Source: Octopus bimaculoides (taxonomy: Eukaryota). From it: 64,000 nucleotides of DNA. Positions 1 through 14,252 of this stretch are shown piece after piece. Under the pieces are notes generated by a model that was not told where the DNA came from, did no database searches, and saw only the letters and a list, made by a program, of their open reading frames with translations. Position 1 is the first letter of the stretch, and the number at the start of each line of letters is the position of its first letter. The DNA lies in NCBI RefSeq assembly GCF_001194135.2, contig NC_068989.1, forward strand, positions 1,203,419-1,267,418. Direction: 5' to 3'. Both the position numbers and the translations under genes were made by a program.

Positions 1-68
1 GCCTGTTGTGTGTGTGTCTTTGTGTCTGTCGTCCCTCCCCAATGCTTGCCAACCAGTGTTAGGGTGGA

Positions 69-296
69 GTTTGCCACCATAACATGGCAGTCCTGGTTTA
101 GGATGAATGTTGCTGTAATTTAGCCCCAGGAAACATCGTCTCCAGCTGGCTATACAACACGCTCGGTGTCCTTATATTTTCGAACAAGGGAATCGAGCAC
201 CCCCACTCAGCTCAAAACAATATCCAGAAATTGCGATCTCCAGGTTATTTCCGTTCATTCGTCCTAAACCAGGACTGCCATGTTATGTTGGCAAAC
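69..296. mobile_element. MITE with ~41-bp terminal inverted repeats
   Basis: gtttgccaccataacatggcagtcctggtttaggatgaatg (69-109) matches the reverse complement of 256-296 with 2 mismatches. No clear TSD. Confidence 0.85.
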
Positions 297-1206
297 AATC
301 TTTGCCCCAAAGCACTGTGGCTGAATATCTCTCGGGAGACTCAAGAATAGTGATTTTCAGTGTTAGGGTGTTTGCACCCCTTTAACTTCAACAAATGAGA
401 TTGGGAGATTAAGTGCCGGGTTTAATAAAAATATAAGGACTTGGGCTGATACATTAATGTCCTTCTTTTTGCCTCTCCTTCTAGATTCATGCTTTTTCTT
501 TTTAAAGACAATACTCTATGATTAAAAGTGAATTTGACTGCCATTTCTTGCATGCCAAACAACCAGATAGAGGCTTCTATGTCAGCTCATGGGAAGAGCT
601 TCGGAGGGGGAGGGGGAGAGTGTTGGGTGGGGGTTACATCAGAAAAGTTGGAGGAGGACAAGGAGGTGCTCCATGCCCCCACCCTCCCTTTTTGCTGCTA
701 CCACCACCACCACTACCACCAGTTGTGAGAAGTGTTGTTGGTATTTGAGGTTACCTGGTCGGTTGGAGTTGAGAAGACATGAAGATATTTGCCTTGGAGA
801 CAGGAGGTGGTGGTGGTGGTGGTGGTAGTGGTTGGTGGCAGTTGGTGGTGGTGGTCATAGTATTGCTCTGCAAACAAATCTAGGGTGGTGTTCTTGATTC
901 TTGTTTGTTTATTCTTGTGAAATTAGCTGTCACTCACTCAAAACTTCAACCCTGAAATGAATCTATCTTTGCAGTTTCTTACCTTCTTGATATTTCTTTT
1001 CATTTTCCCCTCCAAATTAATTCAGATCTTTTAACACTTTCCCCCCATTTTCCACGTCACATGTTTTGCATTTCCATTTTTTTTTGCTTTTATTTCTATT
1101 CTCCCCATCGTTTCCTAGATTTCTCCTTTTATTTTCTCTTTCTGCTTAACCCCTCTTTCTCTTTTTCCCCCCTAATTCTTATTTCATTGTCTCCTGTTTC
1201 TTTTAG

Positions 1207-1273
1207 TTTTCTGACTCTTGAAGCTCTCTTAAAAATCATTGAGTGTTTCATTAGAAATGAAATCGCCAACTGG
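1207..1273 (+). other. Candidate 5' UTR exon (probably ZMYND11)
   Basis: A long pyrimidine tract with cctaat at 1171 precedes ttttag|; the donor is TGG|gtaagg. It contains an ATG at 1257. Support comes from splice signals only. Confidence 0.4.
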
Positions 1274-2248
1274 GTAAGGATTTGAATTCTAAGCTCATAT
1301 AATGCCTCAAGTATAAATCTACTCTAGCTGTTTGGGGTGTGTGTGTGTGTGGTGTTGTTGTCACCGAGTGAACATATATTCAAAGGGAATCTAGCCATGA
1401 CCATCATGTTTACCAAAGGTTACATTATTCATTAAGTCCATGGTTGGGTATGATTTGAAAGAGACTTGGCTGGTATTTCTAGCAAGTTGCATGACCACAT
1501 AGAGGTTCTCTCATAGGGTTGCGCTTATGATGTTGTTGTTTAGTCCTAGGTCATCCTAGATTCTGTAGTTCAAGGGCATTCCACTCATGACCAGTCCATC
1601 TAGCACAACATTATCCAGTATGTCCTTCCTTGATTTGAGGGTAATTAAGGGCAAATTCATTGAGTATTTTTATGCTCTTCAGGTCACTCAGTTGTTGAGG
1701 CAGGCACCAGATCTTCTGATAGTGTTACTTGCTTTAAATTGTTATCTAATCTAAGAGAGAAACATTCTTCCTACCATCTGTTGAATCATGAAGCTGGAGC
1801 TAAATCTCAGCTTTGACTCTGTGTGTAGGTGTGTGTGTGTGTGTATTCAACCCTTTTATTACAATTTTTCTCTTAAAATACATTAATTTTGAAAATGATG
1901 AAGAATTTAGTAAAATGACTGTCATTACTAACATTATTTACATATGACCCTGGGCATATGGCGTGATGGTTAAGAGCCATGGCTACGGTCTCACTTGGCT
2001 TGCTGGGTCTTCTCAAGCACAGCATGTCTGCAAAGGTCTCGCCCACTGGTCATTGCCTCAGTAATAATAAGAGTAATAAAATATTGTTTCTTTCCAAAAC
2101 GGGTGACACTATAATAATGTGAGGATGTGGTATTCATACCTTTCCTAAATCTACTGACAAAAAAGAAACAGAGGCCATTGCAACCCACCATGGAAACCAT
2201 GTTTACCAAGAAACCCTTTCCTATACAGAACTGTTTACTTACAAGTGT

Positions 2249-2296
<48 letters not shown>

Positions 2297-2826
2297 ATCT
2301 CTCTTTCTCTCTCCCTCCGCCTGTCTGGCTCATACACACACACACACTTGCCACTGTCTGAATTCCAACAAGGGAGTCTTTATTACTACACTGGAGCCAG
2401 AGTCTGGCTCCCTGTTGCCAAGGAAACATACACACGCAAGACATAGATGCATTGATATAAGCACAACACACACACACACACACGTATAAATATGAAGGAA
2501 ATGCCAAAATGGAGGCCAGAGAACTGCACAGTTTCAAAACACTTAAAGTGTCACTGACAAATCTGTTTTCTTTTTTCAGACATACAAGTGTAAGAGGGGG
2601 TGGAAATAGGGGGTGGGGTAGATGAGTTAATGAGGCTCTATGTAAGGGTGCAATATCTTTCAAACATCTAATGTAATAAATGTTTTTGTTGAGATTAGCC
2701 CCGTGTGGTGGACTGAAATGTTGTTGGTTCTGCGGGGTCATGGCTGCTGAAAAGGGGTCACACTTCACTTTATCGGCTCACTTGCCTCTATTTTGGGCTC
2801 GCTTTAACAGACTCTGTGTCTTCTCT

Positions 2827-2886
<60 letters not shown>

Positions 2887-3221
2887 ATCAATGTTTACAT
2901 ATACATTTGAGATCATGTGATATCTAATGCCTCTATACTAATATGCATGTGTAATGTGTCTACACCCACACTTACATATATAATAAGTACCTACCTACAT
3001 TTTATATATGTAGATGTATGCAGGAGTGTAACTGAGTCATAAACTTTGCAGTTATAAAACCTGTGGGTTCAGTCCCAGATTTTGCATCTTACACTAGTGT
3101 CTACCACTTCCATGGGTTGGGTCAACCCAATCCAAGGAAGTATGACAGAACATTATGGAAGGTCGTTGGCTGTCAATCAGCAATGTCTGTGCATGTGTCT
3201 CTGGATAGTATGAAATCAGGG

Positions 3222-3306
3222 ATTATTTACATTATTTACATTTGACGGATATTTGTCCTCATTTTGTTTGTTGTTAACACAACGTTTCGGCTGATACACC
3301 CTCCAG
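3222..3306 (-). mobile_element. 5'-truncated copy of the same Penelope tail (3' half of hammerhead with canonical GAAACGUUGUGUU)
   Basis: The reverse complement reads ctggagggtgtatcagccgaaacgttgtgttaacaacaaacaaaatgaggacaaatatccgtcaaatgtaaataatgt. Confidence 0.8.
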
Positions 3307-5319
3307 ATCTCCCTCAATGCCATAGCAACCAAGGCAGGCAGGTGCAGCCCACCCCAACCTTTGGGATGGCTGGTGCCCATTCTCCTTTGCTATCGAGAGG
3401 CTTTTTTGGAGCTGGGTTTTCTATGGGGAGCATGCTCTTGCTTACCCCCAACCTCAGTTTCTAGGCATGAGTGGTCCCGAGACCAAGGCCTCTACCACGA
3501 TTTTTAAGAAATGTGGTGGAAAACTAGCTCAGAAAGGTAGGGACACTACTCCCTGAGACCCCTTTTGGAGCCCCCCCCCCCAACTACATTTGACGATGGG
3601 TTCTAATTGAGGCCCAGAACCAGTGATTGTGTAAACATTGGTTAGTTGATGCCATCAACCTCAATAGGTAACTGGTACTTTATTTCATCGATGCCCAAAG
3701 AATAAAAAGATTAAGGTTATCTTAATGGGATTTGAACTCTGAATGTAAAAAGGAAATCTCTTTAATGATTCAGCTAATCCTCATTTTACATTTCGATCCC
3801 TGGTTTCCCATCCATGCAAGAAGTGCAAAACATTGTTCTAACTGGTTCCTCAAACATATTGAGAAGAGCTTTGCTGCTGTGAGGACAATTTTAACCCATG
3901 GAAAGTTTTTCTTTGTTTTCTTTCACATAACTTTGTAAACAAACAATCTGGTGTGTTTATTTGACTTGTGAATGTATACAGTGAGTTTTTTTGCCCTAGG
4001 TGTCAGGAAGGCACCCAGCAAGAAATAGACTAATTTGAAAAAAGAAAAATCCATGATGATAATGATGATGATGGCTCCAAGTTTTGGCACAAGGCCAGCA
4101 ATTTTGGGGTAAGGGGTCAGTTGATACTCTTGACCCCAGTACTTGACTGATACTTTACTTTACTGACCCTGAAAGAATGAAAGGCAAAGTCAACCTTAGT
4201 GGCATTTGAACTCACAACATAACAGTGGAAGAAATATTGCTAAGCATCTTGTCTGCTGTGCTAACGATTCTATCAGCTCCATGCCTTTGTCATGATAATA
4301 ATAATGTTTCAAAATTTGGCACAAAGCCAGCAATTTTGAGGGGAAGAGGCACATGACCCCCCCTCCCCCGTAACTTGATTGGTTACTTTATCATCTCCCC
4401 TCCTCTACCTGAAAGAAAATGAAATGTAGAATCGACCTATAATAATAATAAGGATGATGAAAGAAATGTATGTAGAAGTAAAAATAATTTGACCTAACAC
4501 CTGGTTTCTGTTCAAAGCCGTCCTCTCTGGTGATTGAACCTGTAATGCGTTTTATAAGATTGTTGTTATTGGTTGGTCTTGTTACCAAGGAAGGAGAAAA
4601 AGAAAGGAGAAAAAGACAAGAAACCATTTAAAGATCAATGACATGGGAATCCTTGGAATGTTTAACAAGTTACATGACATGTTGGAATGGTTTATTTATC
4701 AAGGAAAGATGTTGTTGTTGATGTCTGCATGGCTGCTGGTCTCCTGACAGACATTAACATCTTATTCTTTCTCCAAAATAAGACAACCATCTAAAACGTG
4801 TGTGTGTGGAGGGTGGGGTGGGGTGCTGATTGCAGGATTAACCTGTGGAATGTCTTCTTCTTCACTGATAGCAGCTGATTCACATCAAATAGTAGATGAC
4901 CCACTCGACTGCTGTCTGTGTAATATTGTTTATAGACGAAGGGATGATACTACAATAAACGTAGCGTATTAATGTCCAAACCCTGCTGTATGACGAGGAA
5001 TCTTATGGTAGAGAATCCTCCGCATGCATTCTGGAAGAGCGCCATTTCTCTCCTCTCACAGTTCCTGTCGTTCTGCTAATAGATCTGGCAAGGGAGATAA
5101 CCTTATCATCATTTAATGCCCACTTTCCATGCTGGCATGGGTTGGATGGTTTGACTGAGGTCTGGAAAGCCAGCAGCTGCACCAGGCTCCAATCTGATCT
5201 GGCAATTTTTCTACAGCTAGACACCCTTCCTAATGCTAACCACTCCAAGAGTGTAGTGGGTGTATTTTACATGCCACTGGCACAGGAGTCAGTCAAGTGT
5301 GACAGAGAAAATGGACATT

Positions 5320-5547
5320 AAAAGATAATTTGCTAAATCTGGATAAGTTAAGATTCTCAGAACAAAGAACTCAACCGATTCACACGTTACAAATACAACC
5401 TGTAAGTGGAACAGTAAAAATATGCAAGACGTTTCTTAAGTTTAAAATGAGACTTTGCTTTAGTTATCAACATTCCAATGATGGAGTTTTGTATCTTTGT
5501 AAGAAACCAGCTCCTTCTTCGGAGGAAGAATTTAATTGATTAAAAAC
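5320..5547 (+). mobile_element. Second fragment of the same R4/Dong-like element (C-terminus and 3' UTR)
   Basis: LDKLRFSEQ...LQIQPVSGTVKICKTFLKFKM and the UTR gtatctttgtaagaaaccagctcctt match 21075-21260(-). Confidence 0.8.
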
Positions 5548-7752
5548 AGAAGAGAATATACATGTGTACATGCGTGTGTGCATGCGTGCTTATGTATATT
5601 TCAATGTATTTGTTTTGTGTCTTGTCTGATTTCAGTTAAACTGGAAGAGTGGTGGTGGAGTGGGGTGCGGCAGTGGTGGAATGGTAATGATTAGGAACAA
5701 TTCTAAATGAATAGTCTCTTGCTTTAGTTGATGCCATAGAAATAGATTGGCCTTCATTTAAATCTTCTTCATTCTCTCCCTCTCTCTCTTTTTCTCTCTC
5801 TCTCTTATCTGCTGTACAGTTATTGAGTTTTCAAGTCAAATTATGTAAAATTGTTCTTCTGTTACTTAAATATTAAAAAGTCTTGTATTAATCCTCTGCN
5901 NNNNNNNNNNNNNNNNNNNNNNNNNNNNNNNNNNNNNNNNNNNNNNNNNNNNNNNNNNNNNNNNNNNNNNNNNNNNNNNNNNNNNNNNNNNNNNCACACA
6001 CTCGCTCTACAGTTTCCAGTCTTGTTAACATTAGTGAAACAGCTGTTTAGCATTGTGTTTATATGATGAACAGCTAAAAATAGTTATCAATTGTACTGTT
6101 TGTTAGGGGCGGGGCTGTAAGTAAGAATATGGTGGTGGCAACGGTGGTGGTTGTGTTTCTTGGGGTCGTGTGTGTCTGTGTAAGCTAAGCAACTTTTTCT
6201 ATCAATGAAAAGGAGTTAAATATTTTCCCAAAACAAGAAAATTGTGACAAAAAAAAGAAACAAAAAAACATTATTAATGAAGGGATATTTAGCCATTTGG
6301 GTCTTCTCTGGTTATAACATTTTTAATTAAGGTCTTTGCTACATATACTAATTGTCTTAGTTGTAGGGGTTCTTCTGACATAGGATCTTTATTACATTCA
6401 ATACTTATATAAAAAGCACCTGTGCTGGGACCACATAAAAAGCACCCAGTACACTGTGTAAAGTGGTTGGCATTAAGAAAGGGGCCTCCAGCCATTGAGC
6501 CCTTGTGAAAACAGACAATTAGAGCCTAGTGCAGCTTGCTAGCTCCTGTCAAATCATCCAACATGTGGTCAGCATGAAAAGTAGATGTTAAATGATGAGG
6601 ATGAATGTGATAGGGTCCTCCAACGTGCTTAGTTGTGGCCTTTACAATAATTAGTTTTGGGGTTTTCTCTAGCCCTTTGACTTGCCAATTAGCTTTTCTA
6701 AATGCAATATTGTCACTGTTTTACGTTCTCAGATGTTGCCTTATCACCACAGAACTAGTCTTTTAGGCCCTAACACGTCCTAGTAACAGAAACATCCTAT
6801 CTTCTAATGCATTGTCTAGACATAGACAGTCTTCTCCAATCCTGGCTGAATTTGAACTCGGAATGTAAAGACAGATGAAATGCCACTAAGCATTTCGCCT
6901 GGCGTGCTAACGACTCTGCAGTTCAGCAAAGAAACAAAAACAATAAACGATAGACTATGTACCAAGCTAAGAAAAAATAGGGGCTGACGTTGATCCATTC
7001 AGCTAAAGTTCTTCAAGGTGCTGCCCCAGCATGGCTGCGGCCTAATGACTGAAACAAGTGAAAAAAAATTCTAATAATTTTTTTTTGTTAATGAAACATG
7101 TAAATTGGTGTAAGTAAAACCCTTATAAACGATCTCTCAACTTTTATTATGTGTGTGTGTGTGTGTGATCTGGTGTTGCTTTGTTTGTGTCCCTGTAATT
7201 TAGCAGTTTGGCCTAACGACCCTAATAGCATAAGCATCAAACTTGATGATTCAAAATAAACCATTTCTTGAAATAAGAACTGGTTTATTTAGATCACCAA
7301 CTAAACTTTCCAGTGCCCCAGCATGGCCACAATTGAAAGATTGAAATAATAAAAGTAAGAACAAACAGAAAAAAACCCCAAACAAATGTGTTTGTGTTTG
7401 TACTCAGTTTTTGAAGTGAACGCCTCCTAGCAGTTTGCCAAAGATGGATTAATAGGAATCCCCCTTTAGCATATTATGGATCGATTAGCATAATACGTAG
7501 AAATGATGTGTGTCTGTCTGTCTGTCTCCCTCTCTCTTTCTATGAATGTATCAATTTTTTTCTATGTCTGTGTATCTTATCTTATCTAATCTAATGTGGC
7601 TGTTTGCATGCATGCCTGCGCTCTCTTTTGTTGTACTGATGGTAAAACGCTGGTCTACTTCATTCACATTTTGTTGCTGTTGTTGTTTGCTCTGTAACTG
7701 CTGGCTCACTTTTATGAAATTGCTGACCTATTTCTGTGAATGGTTGCCTCAT

Positions 7753-7787
<35 letters not shown>

Positions 7788-8916
7788 CTCGAGTGCTTCA
7801 GCAGCGGTGATGCTATCTAATCTGGATTTGCCAAGCAAATGGTTAGAATGATGATGATGACACACACACGCACACGTACACAAGTATGCATGCATACACA
7901 CATGCTCACAAACACAAACTTACATATGTGTATGCATGAATGTGTGTATGTGTGTGTATATATATATATATGAATATCCATCTCTCTCTCTCTCTATGTA
8001 TGTGTGTGTGTGTGTGTGTGTGTNNNNNNNNNNNNNNNNNNNNNNNNNNNNNNNNNNNNNNNNNNNNNNNNNNNNNNNNNNNNNNNNNNNNNNNNNNNNN
8101 NNNNNNNNNNNNNNNNNNNATATAGCCACAACCATTGTTTTAGCCACCATTTTTCCATGCTTCCACAAATCAGACAGAATTTAATTTGCCAGATTTTCAA
8201 TGGGTGGATGCTCTTCCTGTTGTCAACCCTTATCATCTGTTTATGAATTGGTTGATATTTCCTCATATCCAGACATGTTTTCATAGAAGATTGGTAATAA
8301 ATGACTCTTCTTGTGTAATGGTGATGCTTGCTTGCATCTCTTACAGAATGTCTAAACAAGCAAAACATACACACACACTATTTCCTATCAGTCTTCTCTG
8401 GCGGAAAAAGCAGGAATAATTTATGCAAATTCAAACATTGTGGTAATGTTGGCACAAATATATTTTAATACCTGAAAAACCTTATTGTTGGCCAGTCAAT
8501 TATTTGGTGTCAGGCCTGTAGAAGTAATGGAACTTGTTTGTCAGGCAGATAGACTGAGGCTGTAAATGATGAAATGAGCCGTTTTGCTCACAGTAGCAAC
8601 AGTTTGTCGAATAAGATTAGTTACTAAGCCAGAAACATGGCAGCATATATCTACACATATACACAAATGTGTCTGCAAGTATGTGTATATGTACATCTGT
8701 TAGTGCCATGTATTTATGTATACCTATTAATACATTCAGCTGATTGAATGGACTGGAGCAACATAAAATAAAGTGTCTTGCTCAAGGACACAATGTACCA
8801 GCGGGAATTGAACTCTCAACCTTACAATCAAGAGTCAAATGCCCGAACCATTAACCACTCTTTTTTAGAGTGGTGTCATCAAACAACACATTTGCTCTGT
8901 TACGCACACGCACACA

Positions 8917-8951
<35 letters not shown>

Positions 8952-9597
8952 CTGCATGTCCAGAGTTACATAATACTTGTAAAGCTGTCCGCATTTCCTG
9001 TGATTCGTGTAAGTTTGATATTCCATACATTGTGCACCAACTGGCCTGCAGTTTATTGATGCTGGTGTTGGTTGCTATGGTCACAAATGGTTCCTGATTA
9101 GATCATATTAGATTAAAAATCACTTCCATTGAAGACGTCTCCAGACCAGCGCTCACTCACGTCTCCAAACACTGAAGCATTTACCAACGTTGACAAGCTT
9201 TCACTTTCATCCTTTTGTCTGCTTTGTTTGATTAATNNNNNNNNNNNNNNNNNNNNNNNNNNNNNNNNNNNNNNNNNNNNNNNNNNNNNNNNNNNNNNNN
9301 NNNNNNNNNNNNNNNNNNNNNNNNNNNNNNNNNNNNNNNNNNNNNNNNNNNNNNNNNNNNNNNNNNNNNNNNNNNNNNNNNNNNNNNNNNNNNNNNNNNN
9401 NNNNNNNNNNNNNNNNNNNNNNNNNNNNNNNNNNNNNNNNNNNNNNNNNNNNNNNNNNNNNNNNNNNNNNNNNNNNNNNNNNNNNNNNNNNNNNNNNNNN
9501 NNNNNNNNNNNNNNNNNNNNNNNNNNNNNNNNNNNNNNNNNNNNNNNNNNNNNNNNNGGATTTGGTGGGTGGAAATTAAAAGAATCCTGTTGTGTGT

Positions 9598-9637
<40 letters not shown>

Positions 9638-11166
9638 TTGCTTGCCTTCACATTGTGTGATGGTTGTTAACAAATGTCGTTGTCATGCAAGCTGTATCCT
9701 TCATTTCCAATCTTCTGTGAAAACATGTCTGGCCATGGGGCAAATATTACCTTAGTTAGAAACAGGTGAGGGTTGGTGACAGGAAGGGTATCCAACTGTA
9801 GAAAATCTGCCTCAACAAAATTCCTCCTGACCCATGCAAGCCTGGGGAAATGCATGTTAAACCAATGATGATGATTAGTCTGAAGGAGGAGTTTGACAGT
9901 TTTCAAGTCTTCTTGTTCGGTGAATTAGTGAGATTTCTTCTGTTGATGGTTGAGGAATGGTAACGTTGGCAGAGAGATTGAATTCCAGAAGTGTGTAGAG
10001 TTCCAACAATGGATTTACAATGAAGCATCTGTACTGGTGCCATACTGGTTCCACATATAAAGTGCTGGTGCCACATATAAAGCACTCAATACACTCTGTA
10101 AAGTGGTTGGCATCCAGCCATATGAACCTTGTCAAAACAGGCAATTGGTACCTGGTGCAGCTCTCCAGCCTTGCCATTTCCTGTCAAACTGTCCACCTCA
10201 TGCCAGGATGGAAACTGGATGTAGAATTATGATGATGATATGAAACAGTTTGAGAGCCACTGATATACCAAAAATGGGTTGTTCCATCATTGGTTTGGTG
10301 CTGATGGAGAAATGGTTATAATGGTTTGGTTCTCAGTGAGAGAGTTGTGTTTTCGAGGAGGGAATTTCATTTTATATTGCCTTGGTTCACTCACATCTGA
10401 GGAATAGATACCAGGTTCTTTGGGGATATTTGCTGGAATTGACTGGTATCCTAACCCCCAAGAGACAGATTTATCTCTCATCAGCTAAATCCTGTAAAAC
10501 TGCTATACATCAGCTCTTTAATGTTTAAGCAGTGTGTGTGTGTGTTGTTTGTTTCATTTACTTTTAATGACTATTACATTAGCTTGGATTGTTGCCATTA
10601 ATTAGTTGCTAATGAGGCTTGAAATTCCTGAAGAGGATTGTCAGACATTATGATGAAGTAACTATAGCAACAACAATGACAACAACTAAATGTCATTGAC
10701 CAAAGATGGCAAACTTTGATAAAATTTTTTGGTGAGATTTCTTGATAATCTCTGACTAATGATGCTAGAACTTGGTCAGCATTGATAGTACTATCATTGG
10801 TTATGCTGATGATGATGATGTTAGTAGAATTAGTAGCTGTATCATCCAATTAGTCAACCAATTAGTGTCACTGTGGTAAATGTTTTCCAAATGACACTTG
10901 GATGTCTAATAGTTATCAGATGAAAAATATTCCTGTTGAAATGTTTAGCAACTTAGCACCTCCACCCGTTGCCCACCCTGAGTCACACTCTACAAACCTA
11001 ACGTGCGACATTCGTTGTAAGTTGTTTTATTGCAGTTTATTACAAATCTAACAAAAATACTTTCGTTTATAAACGCAGAAGAATAAAAAACAAAAACAAA
11101 GTTGAGCCAATCATTGAGCAAAATGTCTAGTTCTGGATGCACAGAGATATAATGGGCTACTCGTTC

Positions 11167-11201
<35 letters not shown>

Positions 11202-11204
<3 letters not shown>

Positions 11205-11706
11205 CTGGTGCCATGTAAAAAGCATTCAGTACACTCTGTAAAGTGATTGGTATTAGGAAGGGCATCCGAACGTGGTCAATGCCAGTGCCCCCTGACTGGC
11301 TCCCATGCCGGTGGCACGTAAAAAGCACCATCTGAACATGATCAATGTCAGGGCCCTCTGGCTGGCTCCTGTGCCGGTGGCACGTAAAAAGCACCATCCG
11401 AATGTGGCTGATGCCAGTACCCACTGACTGGCTCCTGTGCCGGTGGCACGTAAATAGCACCCACTATACTCTCGGAGTGGTTGGCATTAGGAAAGGCCTC
11501 CAGATCAGATTAAAGCCTGGTACAGCCGCTGGCTTTCCAGACCTCAGTCAAACCATCCAACCCATGCCAACATGGAAAACGGATGTTAAACGTTGATGAT
11601 GATGATGATCTGTAGAAACCATGCCAAAACAGACAGTTGGAAGCTGGCCATCTACTGTCAAACCATCCAGCTCATGCCAGCATGGAAAAATATATGTTAA
11701 ATGATG
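11202..11706 (+). mobile_element. RTE 3' UTR-derived repeat with tandem units
   Basis: It contains three gccggtggcacgtaaa(a/t)agcacc units, the family core and a (GAT)n tail. Confidence 0.85.
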
Positions 11707-12604
11707 TCTATTTGTTTAGTTGTGTGTGTGTGTACTTTGCCATGCTATTCAACATTATCAACACCCCACCGTATTACTGGTACACTATCTCACACTATAG
11801 GCTCCAGTCTGCTATCTTGCATCAGACTCTATCATGTGTCAAATTGCTTTGTTTACAGTTTGTCGTGTCAAACTACAAACGAACTCTACGTGGTCAGTCA
11901 GCTTGCTAGATATAGAGCCAAACCTCCCTCACAAAAAGGAAGAACATATTGAGCTAGAGGGTCATGGCTGGAATGCCTTTAATCTATTGAATCAGTGCTA
12001 AGCTGTGGCTGAAAGAATTCTCACCCTTCTGTTTTAAAAGAGAGGAAGAACACAGACAGTATTGGTTCCAGGTATACAAAAAGACTGGGTGGTCTTAACT
12101 GGAAGTACCTTTGATCCTGGGTCTGCTTGATCAAGGCTGACTTGGGGGTTAAACTATAATAACATGGTCTACTTCTCAAGTTCCACCCCTATATATGCAG
12201 TCACCAGATTGTACAGGAAGGGGGCCTCATATCTACCCTCTTCTCCCTTCCCACCCACCCCCACTGTTTCACACAGATCACATAACACTTTGACACCATG
12301 GTTAGGTAAACTGACAAAGTAAACAGTAACACCTGAGGAAACCTGTAATGATCTGTTTTTGACAATTAATGAGTTTAAACAGCTGGGTGAAATGCGGTAA
12401 CATCGAACATCGAAGTAAATTGGTTAAAGAAGTACTTGTAGTGAGATTTGAACCAGTGGCTGAACTATTCATTCCCATATCTGAAAGGTTGTTTCAGTTT
12501 TACAGTGCAAAGCGATGAACATGAGACATGGACGTTATCAAGTTGTTTTGCATCATAAACAGTGACAGGAAATATGTCCTGTGACCTATTGGTTCCTTGG
12601 CCAC

Positions 12605-13065
12605 TTAACATCATCATCATCATCATCATCATCATCACCATCGTTTAACATCCATTTTCCACGCTGGCATGGGTTGAGCGGTTTGACTGAGGTCTGGAAA
12701 GCCAGCAGTTACACCTGGCTCCAATCTGATCTGGCAGTGTTTCTACAACTGGATGCCCTTCCTGATGCCAACCACTCTGAGAGTATAGTGGGTGCTTTTT
12801 ACGTGCTACCGGCACAAGGGCCAGTCAGGCGGTACTGGCAACGACCGCGCTCAAAAGGTGTTTTTTTACCTGCTACCTGCAAAGGAACCAGTCCAGCGGC
12901 ACTGGCAACGACCACGCTCGAATGTTGTTTTTTATGTGCCAATAATGCGACGCTGGCAACGATCATGCTTGAATGGTGCTTTTTATGTGCCACTGGCACG
13001 GAAGCCAATCAGCAGCCCTGGCAACGACCACGCTTGGATGGTGCTTTTAACATTCCACTGGCACG
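12605..13065 (-). mobile_element. RTE 3' UTR-derived repeat with tandem units
   Basis: Reverse-complement copy of the same family. Confidence 0.85.
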
Positions 13066-14083
13066 AGTACTCACATATTGAGTCCAGTACATAGAACCAT
13101 AAACAAATACAAAGCTCTATCTACACGTGTACACACACATACACACACATTTATTGCAACAGATGCAATGATGGTGTTGGTGAGTCAACCAATTTTTATG
13201 TAGGTACTTGAGAAATCTGGTATTTGATTTCAAACTTGTTTTATTTATCCGTACTTTCCATGAACTCTTCAATACCATCAAAGCAAAACATGTTCGAACA
13301 TGAACTGAACATACCAGAAGTGTATAAAAGTGGCCAATTATAAGAGTTGCATAGGATTTTTATCAAACAATGTTGTTGTTTAATGCAGTTAGTTGGATAC
13401 CAATGTCAAGTGGGATGAAGTAGGCCAATGCGTGTAGAGAGTTTACGTTGAGAAACTGGTCAAAACAGATCCAATTTTCCAGTTGTATTGTGTATGCGTG
13501 CGTGCGTGTGTGTGTGTGTAACTGGTGACTGTTACACTTTCTTGACATGCGGTGACAAATTGTATGTGACAGGGGAGGGGGTAAGTATTGTGACTGCCTG
13601 GGCAGTTATTCTCTCAACTGCCCAGTCCATCTATGTAGTGTGGTGGTGATGGAGGTGGATAAGGTAGAGAGAGTCCGAGTGCAATATTTGCCATGGTGGT
13701 CTGTTGGGTATCTGATGTTGTGGTCAGTGTGGTGAGTGATACTGTCTAATGTATCCTGCTGTTTTTGTTTTTGAGATGGTAAAGTGATTTGAGAGAGATT
13801 TGGCTGCTATTATTAGCAAGTTGAGTAAGCAGTAGGGACTTCCTTCTTTGGTTCATGAATTGCTGTTGTAAAAACAGCCGAGTTGCCATTGAAGTTGACA
13901 AGCAAGGACTAGCAAGGTTTGTATGTTACAGCCAAATATCTAAGCAAGATGGTTGCCTTGGCTTCTGTTGGCATTTGTATTTTGTATTTGGAGTCATGAA
14001 GAAGAAGAAGAATGCCCAGCTGTAAAAATATTTGCTTAAACAACATGTGAAGCCCCAAATTTTCAAAATCCCACCTATTTGAT

Positions 14084-14086
<3 letters not shown>

Positions 14087-14157
<71 letters not shown>
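14087..14157. repeat. (GA)n microsatellite (another at 40036-40104); many (CA)n, (TA)n, (AAT)n and (GAT)n tracts throughout
   Basis: Seen directly in the sequence. Confidence 0.95.
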
Positions 14158-14219
14158 CATTGAATCACTGTTTATTAAATCAGTTCAAAGTAATGGTACC
14201 TTTGGATTTTCTCTGACAG

Positions 14220-14252
14220 TGAACTTGTCAACTGTGTGTGTGTGTGTGAAAG
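14220..14252 (+). other. Candidate 5' UTR exon or alternative first exon (probably ZMYND11)
   Basis: Consensus donor AAG|gtaagt and acceptor ctctgacag|. Just upstream are a (GA)n tract (about 14087-14157) and an Inr-like TCAGTT at 14180. Confidence 0.35.
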
